A stretch of 13,515 nucleotides of DNA from positions 1 through 13,515 of IMG/VR virus record IMGVR_UViG_3300028952_000008. One strand, 5' to 3'. The notes beneath the pieces are model-generated. The model did not search any database. It saw nothing but the letters and a program-made list of their open reading frames with translations, and was not told the DNA's origin. The position numbers and the translations under genes are program-made. This DNA comes from a virus (lineage: Duplodnaviria; Heunggongvirae; Uroviricota; Caudoviricetes). Position 1 is the first letter of the stretch. Every line of letters begins with the position of its first letter. Positions 7,035 through 13,440 of this stretch are shown here, piece after piece.

Positions 7035-7207
7035 TCATCGCCCCACTCATCACAATATGCTTCGACCGGAGTTTTTCCTGCTTCATAATCATCACGCCAT
7101 GCTTCAGCATCAGCAGCACTGCCACCACGTAACTCTGCATAGTCCATTAACAGTTCATGCCATGCTTCAAAACTGACGTTGTATTTAGTTGAACCAAAAT
7201 CAGCCAT
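7031..7207 (-). CDS. Hypothetical small acidic protein (58 aa)
   Basis: Not in the ORF track. Hand translation MADFGSTKYNVSFEAWHELLMDYAELRGGSAADAEAWRDDYEAGKTPVEAYCDEWGDE; by my count 15 Asp/Glu against 4 Lys/Arg. Its start overlaps the stop of the 60-aa ORF (ATGGCTGA) and its stop overlaps the next start (ATGA). Confidence 0.55.
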   Translation of the reverse strand: MADFGSTKYNVSFEAWHELLMDYAELRGGSAADAEAWRDDYEAGKTPVEAYCDEWGDE

Positions 7208-7382
7208 TTTGCTCTTCCTCTTCGTCTTTTATTTCGTGATGTGAGTAATTGCAGTAGTTAAAGAAAATATCTTTTGCTTCGTCATGTATTTCATCAGGCG
7301 TCGCATCATCATCCACTTCGAATTCATCCTCGAAATCTCCACCGGCTATTTCCGTTTCAATAATTATTTTAAACTTTCGCAT
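7200..7382 (-). CDS. Hypothetical small, extremely acidic protein (60 aa)
   Basis: MRKFKIIIETEIAGGDFEDEFEVDDDATPDEIHDEAKDIFFNYCNYSHHEIKDEEEEQNG; by my count 21 Asp/Glu against 5 Lys/Arg. AT-rich coding sequence. Upstream SD AGGAGG is separated from the ATG by a stable hairpin. Confidence 0.6.
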   Translation of the reverse strand: MRKFKIIIETEIAGGDFEDEFEVDDDATPDEIHDEAKDIFFNYCNYSHHEIKDEEEEQNG

Positions 7383-7388
7383 TTAACT

Positions 7389-7411
7389 ACCGCCCTTTCG
7401 GGCGGCCTCCT
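7389..7411 (-). promoter_or_regulatory. SD-hairpin-start arrangement upstream of the 60-aa acidic ORF
   Basis: mRNA reads 5' CAUCAGGAGG-CCGCCC-GAAA-GGGCGG-UAGUUAA-AUG: a 6-bp GC stem with GNRA loop sits between SD and start codon (linear spacing about 23 nt, about 7 nt if folded). Confidence 0.4.
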
Positions 7412-7475
7412 GATGTTCTGAGGGTGCAGAAATCCCTCCGGTTAAGGATTAAATTTTTAACAGAGCTAAATTTAA

Positions 7476-7832
7476 TTATTCAGTTCTGGATTTTGTCGCC
7501 CTGCGTATCCGCGCTTTCGCGTTACGCTCAATCTGAATTAGCTTTTCTATATTTTTTCGCCTTTCCCGCTCCTCCTGACGCAAGAGCCTTACATCATCTG
7601 CCAGTCTGGTTTCTCTTTTCGCCACAGAGAGCATCCAGTCAAATGGCTCCACAACTGCACCGCAGATTTTACAGCGGACCTGACGCTCTTTTTCGTCAAC
7701 CCGGACAGAGGCGTGATGACAATATGGTCTTTCCGATGGCTCATAAAGAAAATTAACCTGATTACGAGGGTCATCCTCTTTTACCGGAAATAAAACGATA
7801 TTGCTTAACTCATCCTCTGGTTTTATTTCCAT
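7476..7832 (-). CDS. Hypothetical zinc-ribbon protein with a basic coiled C-terminus (118 aa)
   Basis: ATG at 7832 with strong SD GGAGAGGAG. Contains PYCHHASVRVDEKERQVRCKICG (Cys/His cluster with C-x2-C) and an Arg/Lys/Glu-rich tail LLRQEERERRKNIEKLIQIERNAKARIRRATKSRTE. Confidence 0.7.
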   Translation of the reverse strand: MEIKPEDELSNIVLFPVKEDDPRNQVNFLYEPSERPYCHHASVRVDEKERQVRCKICGAVVEPFDWMLSVAKRETRLADDVRLLRQEERERRKNIEKLIQIERNAKARIRRATKSRTE

Positions 7833-7875
7833 GCTCCTCTCCTTTGATGCGAATGCCAGCGGTAATTGAAGCCTN

Positions 7876-7885
7876 NNNNNNNNNA
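7876..7885. other. Assembly gap (10 N)
   Basis: Run of n characters; true length and content unknown. Confidence 0.99.
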
Positions 7886-7896
7886 GCTAATTTCAC

Positions 7897-8319
7897 TCAC
7901 AGTACCGCCTCCTGAAAATTACCCTGATAGAAAGCCAGTACACGCTGCATAGCTTCACTCTTCCGGCACTCGCGACAGATTATGTTTAGGCGACTGTCGT
8001 AGCGACGTATTTCTCCGTCAGGTAACGACCAGATAAGGTCCGGATCAACCACAACCGGTTTCTTCAGCTTTGCCCTCGATAATTTTTTGCGGGCATTTTG
8101 CCAGTCTTTACGAGCCTGTTCAGACGGGAATAACCCGTAGCCAGAATTGTATACATCGCCACTGGCAACCAGCTCTCTGGCCAGAACGCTCATCAGATAT
8201 CTTGTCGCCCCCGTTTTAGCTTCCAGTTGTCGTAACGTCTCTCGCCCGCTCTGGCGTACAAGATCAACAATCTGCCCTTTAATTTTTTCTCGCTCTTCCT
8301 GTGTAAATACTTTTGCCAT
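7897..8319 (-). CDS. Hypothetical 140-aa protein (possible N-terminal helix-turn-helix)
   Basis: The ORF-track start at 8385 is a TTG; the ATG at 8319 has strong SD GGGGAGGG 4 nt upstream, giving MAKVFTQEEREKIKGQIVDLVRQSGRETLRQLEAKTGATRYLMSVLARELV.... The stop is only 12 bp from the assembly gap. Confidence 0.6.
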   Translation of the reverse strand: MAKVFTQEEREKIKGQIVDLVRQSGRETLRQLEAKTGATRYLMSVLARELVASGDVYNSGYGLFPSEQARKDWQNARKKLSRAKLKKPVVVDPDLIWSLPDGEIRRYDSRLNIICRECRKSEAMQRVLAFYQGNFQEAVL

Positions 8320-8335
8320 AAGCCCTCCCCAGGAA

Positions 8336-9061
8336 TCACTTTTCCGACACAATACGACTGGAGGAATCGACAATCTGACGGACAATATCCTGGTGCTTGT
8401 TCAGCTCACGCAGCGCGGCGCAGACTCGCTCCCACTTCTGGACATAACTTTTCGCCCGGCGCAGTTCGCGGTTTGCCATTTGCAGCGATGGTATAATCAG
8501 GTCATTGGCTCGCGTTTCAGTGAACGATGGTAGTGACTGCACAATGTCCCCCACAGTATCTGTTTTAATTTCTTCCTGTGTTGCCGCTTCCTGTACTGGT
8601 AACGCAACACCGGCTGGCTGAGGAAAGCCTTTACCAGGTGTTTTCACTACCGATACAACTTTCGGCTCTGCTGGTAAATTACCGTCCGGCAGGCAGTAAC
8701 GAAATTTACCGTTCTGATTTACGCGAATCAGACGACCTTTGCTGATGGCCATAGCCAGCGATGAGTTCACCCTGCGGGAAGTAATTCTGAATATCAGTGC
8801 AAGTTCATCAGCCGCTTTAGGGCCATGCTGTTCAATCGCCTCGATCAGCATTTGCGCTGTCACTTTAGAAGCCTGTGCTACAGATGCGTTTTCGTCGGTT
8901 TGAGTCAACCACCACATCGGGCCCTTGTTATCAGCTTCCCCACGACGCTTCAGTTTCCACAGCTCGTTAATCGCCTCATCCCGGGTCATTCCCAGACGTG
9001 CTGCCACTTCCTGGGAAGAGGCTTTTCCCATTGCTTTCAGTGCGTCAAAAACGGTCTCCAT
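8336..9061 (-). CDS. Hypothetical 241-aa protein with winged-helix-like N-terminus, directly downstream of ydaV
   Basis: The ORF-track ATG at 9112 would overlap ydaV by 29 nt; the ATG at 9061 follows SD GGGAGG (8-nt spacer), 22 nt after the ydaV stop. METVFDALKAMGKASSQEVAARLGMTRDEAINELWKLKRRG... looks like a wHTH. Position corresponds to ydaW of K-12 Rac as I recall it. Confidence 0.6.
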   Translation of the reverse strand: METVFDALKAMGKASSQEVAARLGMTRDEAINELWKLKRRGEADNKGPMWWLTQTDENASVAQASKVTAQMLIEAIEQHGPKAADELALIFRITSRRVNSSLAMAISKGRLIRVNQNGKFRYCLPDGNLPAEPKVVSVVKTPGKGFPQPAGVALPVQEAATQEEIKTDTVGDIVQSLPSFTETRANDLIIPSLQMANRELRRAKSYVQKWERVCAALRELNKHQDIVRQIVDSSSRIVSEK

Positions 9062-9083
9062 TAAAATTTCCTCCCGGTAAAAA

Positions 9084-9830
9084 TTACTTCTCAATTCCTG
9101 GCTGACCAACATTCGGGCGCCAGCTCTCCCAGTTAAAATTCACCCATCGCCCGCCGTTCATGGTCATCCGATCCATAATCCTCTCGCCGAGCAATGTTTT
9201 CATGGCCTCATAGTTCAGGTTTGTCAGCATCCCCACGCTGCGGATCGACGCTGTCCGGCGATCAACAATCTGGTGCAGTACCACCTGCTCGTTTTTTGTC
9301 TCGCGCTGAATGCCAATTTCATCAAGAACCAGCAGATCCACTTCGCACAGTTCCCGCAAAAATTTTTCGCCTGATTGCCCGTCGTCATAGCTGGCGTGTA
9401 GAGCACTCATAACATCAGCCACGGTAACCACAATCACTGTCTGACCGTTTTTCAGCAGGCGATTCCCGATAGCCGCCGCCAGATGGTTTTTTCCGGTACC
9501 AGGTTTTCCGCTAAACGCAAAATTTGTACACCCGACCATCAGTTCATCGGCGATGGATTTCGCCTGGCTCAACGCGTATCGCTGGCCGTCGTTCTGCACC
9601 TGGTAATTCGAAAACGAGCATTTGCGGTGCAACGGCTGGATGCCGGAGCGATTCAGAATTTTTTCCACCCGCAACTGACGATTCTGGCGATTGATCTCCT
9701 CGCAACGTTTCTGGCCTTCTGCAAGTTGCCACTCGCGCCACTCCGCCACCGTCCTGAATGGCGCGGTTACATGTGGCGGGGCCAGTCTGCGGATACGTTC
9801 CAGAACGCCGCCTGTCGCAATATTTTTCAT
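9084..9830 (-). CDS. ydaV: DnaC/IstB-like AAA+ replication protein (helicase loader)
   Basis: 248 aa; Walker A-like GKPGTGKNHLAAAIG and Walker B LLVLDEIG; located immediately downstream of the ydaU-like initiator. Confidence 0.9.
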   Translation of the reverse strand: MKNIATGGVLERIRRLAPPHVTAPFRTVAEWREWQLAEGQKRCEEINRQNRQLRVEKILNRSGIQPLHRKCSFSNYQVQNDGQRYALSQAKSIADELMVGCTNFAFSGKPGTGKNHLAAAIGNRLLKNGQTVIVVTVADVMSALHASYDDGQSGEKFLRELCEVDLLVLDEIGIQRETKNEQVVLHQIVDRRTASIRSVGMLTNLNYEAMKTLLGERIMDRMTMNGGRWVNFNWESWRPNVGQPGIEK

Positions 9831-9836
9831 GGTCAG

Positions 9837-10625
9837 TTACCCCCTGAAGCCTGGCGGGATCGCACTGTCCGGAAACGAGACAGTGTTAACCTGTCGGAGC
9901 AACGTCTCAGGCCGAACACTTTTCGGCGCGAACAAGCCCTGGTATTCATTGGCGATGCTGTGTCGAATCACCTGCTCAGGGGTAAAACCCTGCTGGCGGA
10001 ATTTTTCCAGTTCCCGTATCGCCCCGTTAGCGCCCTGCTCCGTTCGAATCGGTTTTCGCAATGCCTGCCTGAACTGGACCCACTCATTCCAGAGTGTTTC
10101 TGGCAACCAGTCGGGCAGAGCAATGGCCTCCGGCTCGAATTGTTTAGACGCTCGTTTTTGCCGAGGGGGATTTAGGGGGAGATCAGTATTTATATCTTCC
10201 TCTTCCTCTTCCTCTGGTAACGCTTTTTGATCCGTTTGTGTAACGCTGGCAGCGTTACCTTTTCGCTTCAGTTCGCGTATTTTTGTAACTCTCTCGTTTG
10301 TAACCGCCCGTTTTTTCGAGCTTTTTCCGTTATGACGCTCAAAGTTTGGTAGTGAAAGCACTCCATCACTTTCGACCAGCCATCCAACCTGAATTAACGC
10401 ATCAGCAAAACCAGCCATAAAAGTGATACGGTCTATTGCACTTTTTGTAACGCCTCGAGCGTTACACTCTGCGTTACCGTCTATCATTTGTTGATCCGCC
10501 CATGCCCAGAAGCGAATGACTTTCCCTAATGCGGCATCTGGATCAATATTCAGAATCTCAGCAAGCCTGAATATTTCCGGCTTATCCGGCGTAATAACTT
10601 CGAGCTTTATCCAGTTTGAAGCCAT
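9837..10625 (-). CDS. ydaU: Putative phage replication initiator / replisome organiser (YdaU-like)
   Basis: 262 aa, ATG at 10625 with SD AAGGTG; acidic run EEEEEED mid-protein. The 5' half of the gene contains two 19-bp palindromes, reminiscent of lambda ori lying inside gene O. Immediately precedes the DnaC-like gene. Confidence 0.75.
   Translation of the reverse strand: MASNWIKLEVITPDKPEIFRLAEILNIDPDAALGKVIRFWAWADQQMIDGNAECNARGVTKSAIDRITFMAGFADALIQVGWLVESDGVLSLPNFERHNGKSSKKRAVTNERVTKIRELKRKGNAASVTQTDQKALPEEEEEEDINTDLPLNPPRQKRASKQFEPEAIALPDWLPETLWNEWVQFRQALRKPIRTEQGANGAIRELEKFRQQGFTPEQVIRHSIANEYQGLFAPKSVRPETLLRQVNTVSFPDSAIPPGFRG
10240..10258. repeat. 19-bp palindrome GTAACGCTGGCAGCGTTAC (copy 1, inside ydaU)
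   Basis: Direct reading; 7-bp arms GTAACGC/GCGTTAC with 5-bp spacer; an extra GTAACGC half-site at 10217-10223. Confidence 0.85.
10447..10465. repeat. 19-bp palindrome GTAACGCCTCGAGCGTTAC (copy 2, inside ydaU)
   Basis: Direct reading; same 7-bp arms; an extra GCGTTAC half-site at 10471-10477. Confidence 0.85.
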
Positions 10626-10638
10626 TTGTTTTCACCTT

Positions 10639-10657
10639 GTAACGCTCGCAGCGTTAC
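10639..10657. repeat. 19-bp palindrome GTAACGCTCGCAGCGTTAC (copy 3, 13 bp upstream of the ydaU start)
   Basis: Direct reading; same 7-bp arms; lies between the ydaT stop and the ydaU SD. Confidence 0.85.
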
Positions 10658-10667
10658 ATTTAACTGA

Positions 10668-10689
10668 TACCGAACAAAACAGTTCGGTA
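10668..10689 (-). promoter_or_regulatory. Intercistronic hairpin between ydaT and ydaU
   Basis: Perfect 8-bp inverted repeat TACCGAAC-N6-GTTCGGTA, 14 bp after the ydaT stop; downstream minus-strand sequence is only moderately U-rich, so a regulatory or processing hairpin is more likely than a strong terminator. Confidence 0.45.
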
Positions 10690-10702
10690 CGATTAATTTC
10701 AA

Positions 10703-11125
10703 TCAATGCACTACGACAGAATCGCTAGGAGAACCGCCGCCGCTGAAATGTGCTTTACGGTAAACGGCCTGGACTGCATCATCATGCGCATCAATTGCCG
10801 TACTCAGTGCATCCTGTGCCGCCAGTAATGCACGGCGTTCCAGGGTATCGAAGATGCAGAGTCGGTGACGCAGCTCGCGAGGAAGAATTGCCAGAACCGC
10901 AGGGATCAGTTTCTGAATTTTTTCCCTTTGCGCATTCGTTTCACCTTTCAACCAACGATGATAGATATTCTGCTGATTGTTCCAGTCCTTGCCTGGTACC
11001 AGGGGCAATTCGCCGCCCCCCTGGCGCAGATATTCTTCAGTAATTGCGTTAGCGACCCACGCCTGCCCTTTTTCGGCTGCCAGGGCTAACAACACTGATT
11101 CGATGTGCTCATGCTTGATTTTCAT
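10703..11125 (-). CDS. ydaT: YdaT-like protein (140 aa)
   Basis: 140 aa MKIKHEHIESVLLALAAEKGQAWVANAITEEY...; start overlaps the ydaS stop (ATGA). Size and position match Rac ydaT as I recall it. Confidence 0.8.
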   Translation of the reverse strand: MKIKHEHIESVLLALAAEKGQAWVANAITEEYLRQGGGELPLVPGKDWNNQQNIYHRWLKGETNAQREKIQKLIPAVLAILPRELRHRLCIFDTLERRALLAAQDALSTAIDAHDDAVQAVYRKAHFSGGGSPSDSVVVH

Positions 11126-11376
11126 GAATCAACTCCCATCAGCTTTTTCGTAGTAGTTTTATTTCTGCCAATAGTTAAAATTGCATCGGCAGAAAATAAT
11201 CCGTTTGATGCATGAGCGATTTTTTCAGCGTAATTTGTTTCGCCGGTATATTCTGTGCGAGGCAATTTTCCGTTATCCATCCATTTGTAGATTGCTCTTT
11301 GGCTGACACCACAAACGTCGGCCACAACAGAAACGCGAACAGTTTTGATTACATCTTCAAGTGTTTTCTGGTTCAT
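11122..11376 (-). CDS. ydaS: Cro-like HTH protein YdaS
   Basis: The ATG at 11376 has SD GAGGA; the ORF-track start at 11448 would put the N-terminus inside the operator region. MNQKTLEDVIKTVRVSVVADVCGVSQRAIYKWMDNGKLP... contains a helix-turn-helix. Divergent from racR. Confidence 0.8.
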   Translation of the reverse strand: MNQKTLEDVIKTVRVSVVADVCGVSQRAIYKWMDNGKLPRTEYTGETNYAEKIAHASNGLFSADAILTIGRNKTTTKKLMGVDS

Positions 11377-11455
11377 ATCATCCTCACAATGTGAACTTTG
11401 AGTACATGCTATAACAGAACTGACAGTACATTCAAGAGCGAATATCATTGAACTT
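11377..11455. promoter_or_regulatory. Divergent promoter/operator region between ydaS and racR (OR-like)
   Basis: 79-bp intergenic region with two direct AGTACAT motifs (11401-11407, 11425-11431) and AT-rich -10-like hexamers; racR has no clear SD, consistent with a near-leaderless maintenance transcript. Confidence 0.55.
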
Positions 11456-11875
11456 ATGGTTCATGAAGATAAAGCGCGTAAAGAGTTCGCCAGTAGGCTT
11501 GCGCTAGCCTGTGAAAACGCTGGTTATGAACAACATGGAAGGCAGGCAGAAATTGCCCGTCGAATGAAATTAACACCAAAAGCGGTTAGCAAATGGTTTA
11601 ATGGTGAAACAATTCCTCGCCGAGAGAAATTAAGGGAATTAGCAACACTCATTGGAACAACACCAACCTATCTTTTGGGAGAGGATACAGAAGAAAGTGG
11701 ACAGATACGTTTCTATCAGGAGTTAAATCCAAGACAAAAAATCATCATTGACCTTCTGGACGAGCTCCCTGACAGTGAGACAGATGAACTTTTAAAAACT
11801 CTTGAGGAGAAAAAACAGAAGTACAATGCAATTTACGAAGAGTTAGCACGAAAGAAAAAACAAAAAGCCTCTTAA
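11456..11875 (+). CDS. racR: XRE-family HTH prophage repressor
   Basis: 139 aa; HTH RQAEIARRMKLTPKAVSKWFNGETIPRREKLRELATLIG near the N-terminus; divergent from the Cro-like ydaS. The only in-frame ATG after the upstream stop is at 11456. Confidence 0.8.
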   Translation: MVHEDKARKEFASRLALACENAGYEQHGRQAEIARRMKLTPKAVSKWFNGETIPRREKLRELATLIGTTPTYLLGEDTEESGQIRFYQELNPRQKIIIDLLDELPDSETDELLKTLEEKKQKYNAIYEELARKKKQKAS

Positions 11876-11939
11876 ACCAGCATAAATCCGGTAGCGTCCC
11901 CCTCCGGGTTTGTGCTTCACTTTATCCCGTCTCATTTTT

Positions 11940-12000
11940 TTATACATAAAATGTACTTAAAGTACTTTACAATGATGAACACAAAGTACATTATATACCT
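11940..12000. promoter_or_regulatory. Second operator-like cluster downstream of racR (OL-like)
   Basis: ATGTACT (11951-11957) and AGTACAT (11985-11991) form an inverted pair around the palindrome AAGTACTT (11960-11967); TTTACA and TATATA promoter-like hexamers nearby. Confidence 0.45.
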
Positions 12001-12173
12001 ACCAACCCACCCCGCCCCACAGAACGCCGGGCAATACTTCGAGTTACCAGGCAGTGGTCAGGGGTTAAGTAGCCAGCCCGAGGCGTATGAACATGACGGC
12101 GGGGTTCAACTTTAATAACTATGCAGCAGGTTTTTGTTCCGCTACCCCGGCGTTAAGGGGAAATGAGGTCAGC

Positions 12174-12329
12174 ATGGATACTATCGATCTTGGCAACAAC
12201 GAATCTCTGGTGTACGGCGTGTTTCCAAACCAGGACGGCACCTTCACCGCAATGACGTATACAAAAAGCAAAACGTTTAAAACCGAAAATGGTGCGCGCC
12301 GATGGTTGGAGAAGCACACAGTAAGCTAA
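12174..12329 (+). CDS. Small hypothetical protein (51 aa), YdaF/YdaG-like by position
   Basis: ATG at 12174 with SD TGAGGT 6 nt upstream: MDTIDLGNNESLVYGVFPNQDGTFTAMTYTKSKTFKTENGARRWLEKHTVS. The ORF track extends it to an ATG at 12087 that has poor SD spacing. Confidence 0.5.
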   Translation: MDTIDLGNNESLVYGVFPNQDGTFTAMTYTKSKTFKTENGARRWLEKHTVS

Positions 12330-12814
12330 CGATTAAAACGTCTACTCCTGCTGTTCCAGAATAACTTCATAAAATGGGAGTATTTTTCGGTGACGAGATA
12401 ATAAGAACAGTTTGCGCTATCACTCTGATGTTGAATGATGCCCTTCCGTTCTAATTTTTTCATAACCGGGTTACGGCAAGGAGAAGTGATAATAAGATTT
12501 CCTGTTTTAAGGAAATCTTTAAATACAGCGATTTCTTTCTCAGATAAACGAAGCAATACTCGTTGCTCTGGTAGTAATGAATAATGCTTTTGAATATGTG
12601 CTCGCAATCTTGAGAAGGAAATGGCGACCACGAAAGAAAAGGCAAAAACGATAATCTGAAAGAGCCAAGGTATTTCAGTATAAGCATTGAATGCGACAGT
12701 AAACTCTTTCGGTATCAGCCAGAGAGTGAGACCAAAAATGATAATCGTATACATAAGTCTTTCGAGTGGCTCGTTAGCAAAAAGTTTCAACAATGGAGTA
12801 AATACATCCAACAT
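12326..12814 (-). CDS. sieB: Superinfection exclusion protein B
   Basis: The ATG at 12814 gives 162 aa, MLDVFTPLLKLFANEPLERLMYTIIIFGLTLWLIPKEF...IPWLFQIIVFAFSFVVAISF..., with two TM segments; the ORF-track start 13126 is a GTG extension. Size and position match Rac sieB as I recall it. Confidence 0.8.
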   Translation of the reverse strand: MLDVFTPLLKLFANEPLERLMYTIIIFGLTLWLIPKEFTVAFNAYTEIPWLFQIIVFAFSFVVAISFSRLRAHIQKHYSLLPEQRVLLRLSEKEIAVFKDFLKTGNLIITSPCRNPVMKKLERKGIIQHQSDSANCSYYLVTEKYSHFMKLFWNSRSRRFNR

Positions 12815-13254
12815 ATCAATAACTCTCAACTGTAAGGGTATTGAAATGTTAACACAAGCTCTCGCTGTAGGGGTATAGCCGAGACCACCGAAGCCCGGAG
12901 GTGGTGAAATAAAACCGGGCACAACACGAAGGCGCATTTCCGATATCCATAAAGAGTCGGTCTTGTCTGTTAAATTTAAATGGTGGAGTGCGCCTCCGGT
13001 TGTAAATAACGACATTGCTGTGTGTAGTCCTGGCGGCATCAGTTTTTTTCTTGAAGTTCGGCTGATGTCCGCCCTTTTTAAAGTGAATTTTGTGATGCGG
13101 TGAATGCGGCTAAGCGCACGTGGCACAGTTAAAAGTCATGTTAGTCCTTATTGGTTTGGGTGGGAAAGCCGACTGTAATTGTTAACTGGTTGCAGTCACC
13201 TGGAGGCACCAGGCACCGCATCAACAAAGTTCATTTGTAAAAATGGAGATAATT

Positions 13255-13440
13255 ATGATTGCACATCACTTCGGAACTGATGAAATACCACGTCAGTGTG
13301 TGACTCCTGGCGATTATGTTCTTCATGAAGGCCGGACATATATTGCCTCGGCAAACAATATTAAAAAGCGAAAACTATATATTCGTAACCTGACCACAAA
13401 AACATGCATTACTGACCGGGTAATGACTCCAACTTATTGA
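13255..13440 (+). CDS. kilR: Small protein (61 aa) at the position of KilR (Rac FtsZ/division inhibitor)
   Basis: ATG at 13255 with SD GGAG 6 nt upstream (the ORF-track start 13243 lacks an SD): [61 protein letters not shown]. Assignment rests mainly on position divergent from sieB. Confidence 0.5.
   Translation: MIAHHFGTDEIPRQCVTPGDYVLHEGRTYIASANNIKKRKLYIRNLTTKTCITDRVMTPTY

Noticed and set aside
7424-7774. ORFs 7424-7756 (+) and 7589-7774 (-)
   Set aside because: Overlap the zinc-ribbon gene in other frames or strand; the zinc-ribbon ORF has the strong SD.
8147-9064. Plus-strand ORFs 8147-8533 and 8825-9064
   Set aside because: Antisense to the 140-aa and 241-aa minus-strand genes; no start context.
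10190-10215. CTT/CCT trinucleotide repeat (ttcctcttcctcttcctct)
   Set aside because: It is the coding sequence of the EEEEEED acidic run in YdaU, not an independent repeat element, though it could be slippage-prone.
9194-10230. ORFs 9194-9412 (+), 9224-9406 (-), 9483-10175 (+), 9544-9741 (-), 9691-10230 (+)
   Set aside because: All lie within ydaV or ydaU on the wrong strand or frame; long antisense frames are expected in GC-rich coding DNA, and the sense proteins carry clear AAA+ motifs.
10516-11394. Plus-strand ORFs 10516-10728, 10750-11043, 10865-11089 and 11212-11394
   Set aside because: Antisense to ydaU, ydaT and ydaS; no SDs.
12119-12878. ORFs 12119-12319 (-), 12460-12687 (-), 12687-12878 (+)
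   Set aside because: Shadow frames of the 51-aa ORF and sieB.
12815-13126. N-terminal extension of sieB given by the ORF track (GTG start at 13126)
   Set aside because: The extension has no membrane-protein character, and the internal ATG at 12814 gives a 162-aa product matching SieB size; similar TTG/GTG extensions were rejected for trkG (3291), Rz (3890) and the 140-aa ORF (8385).
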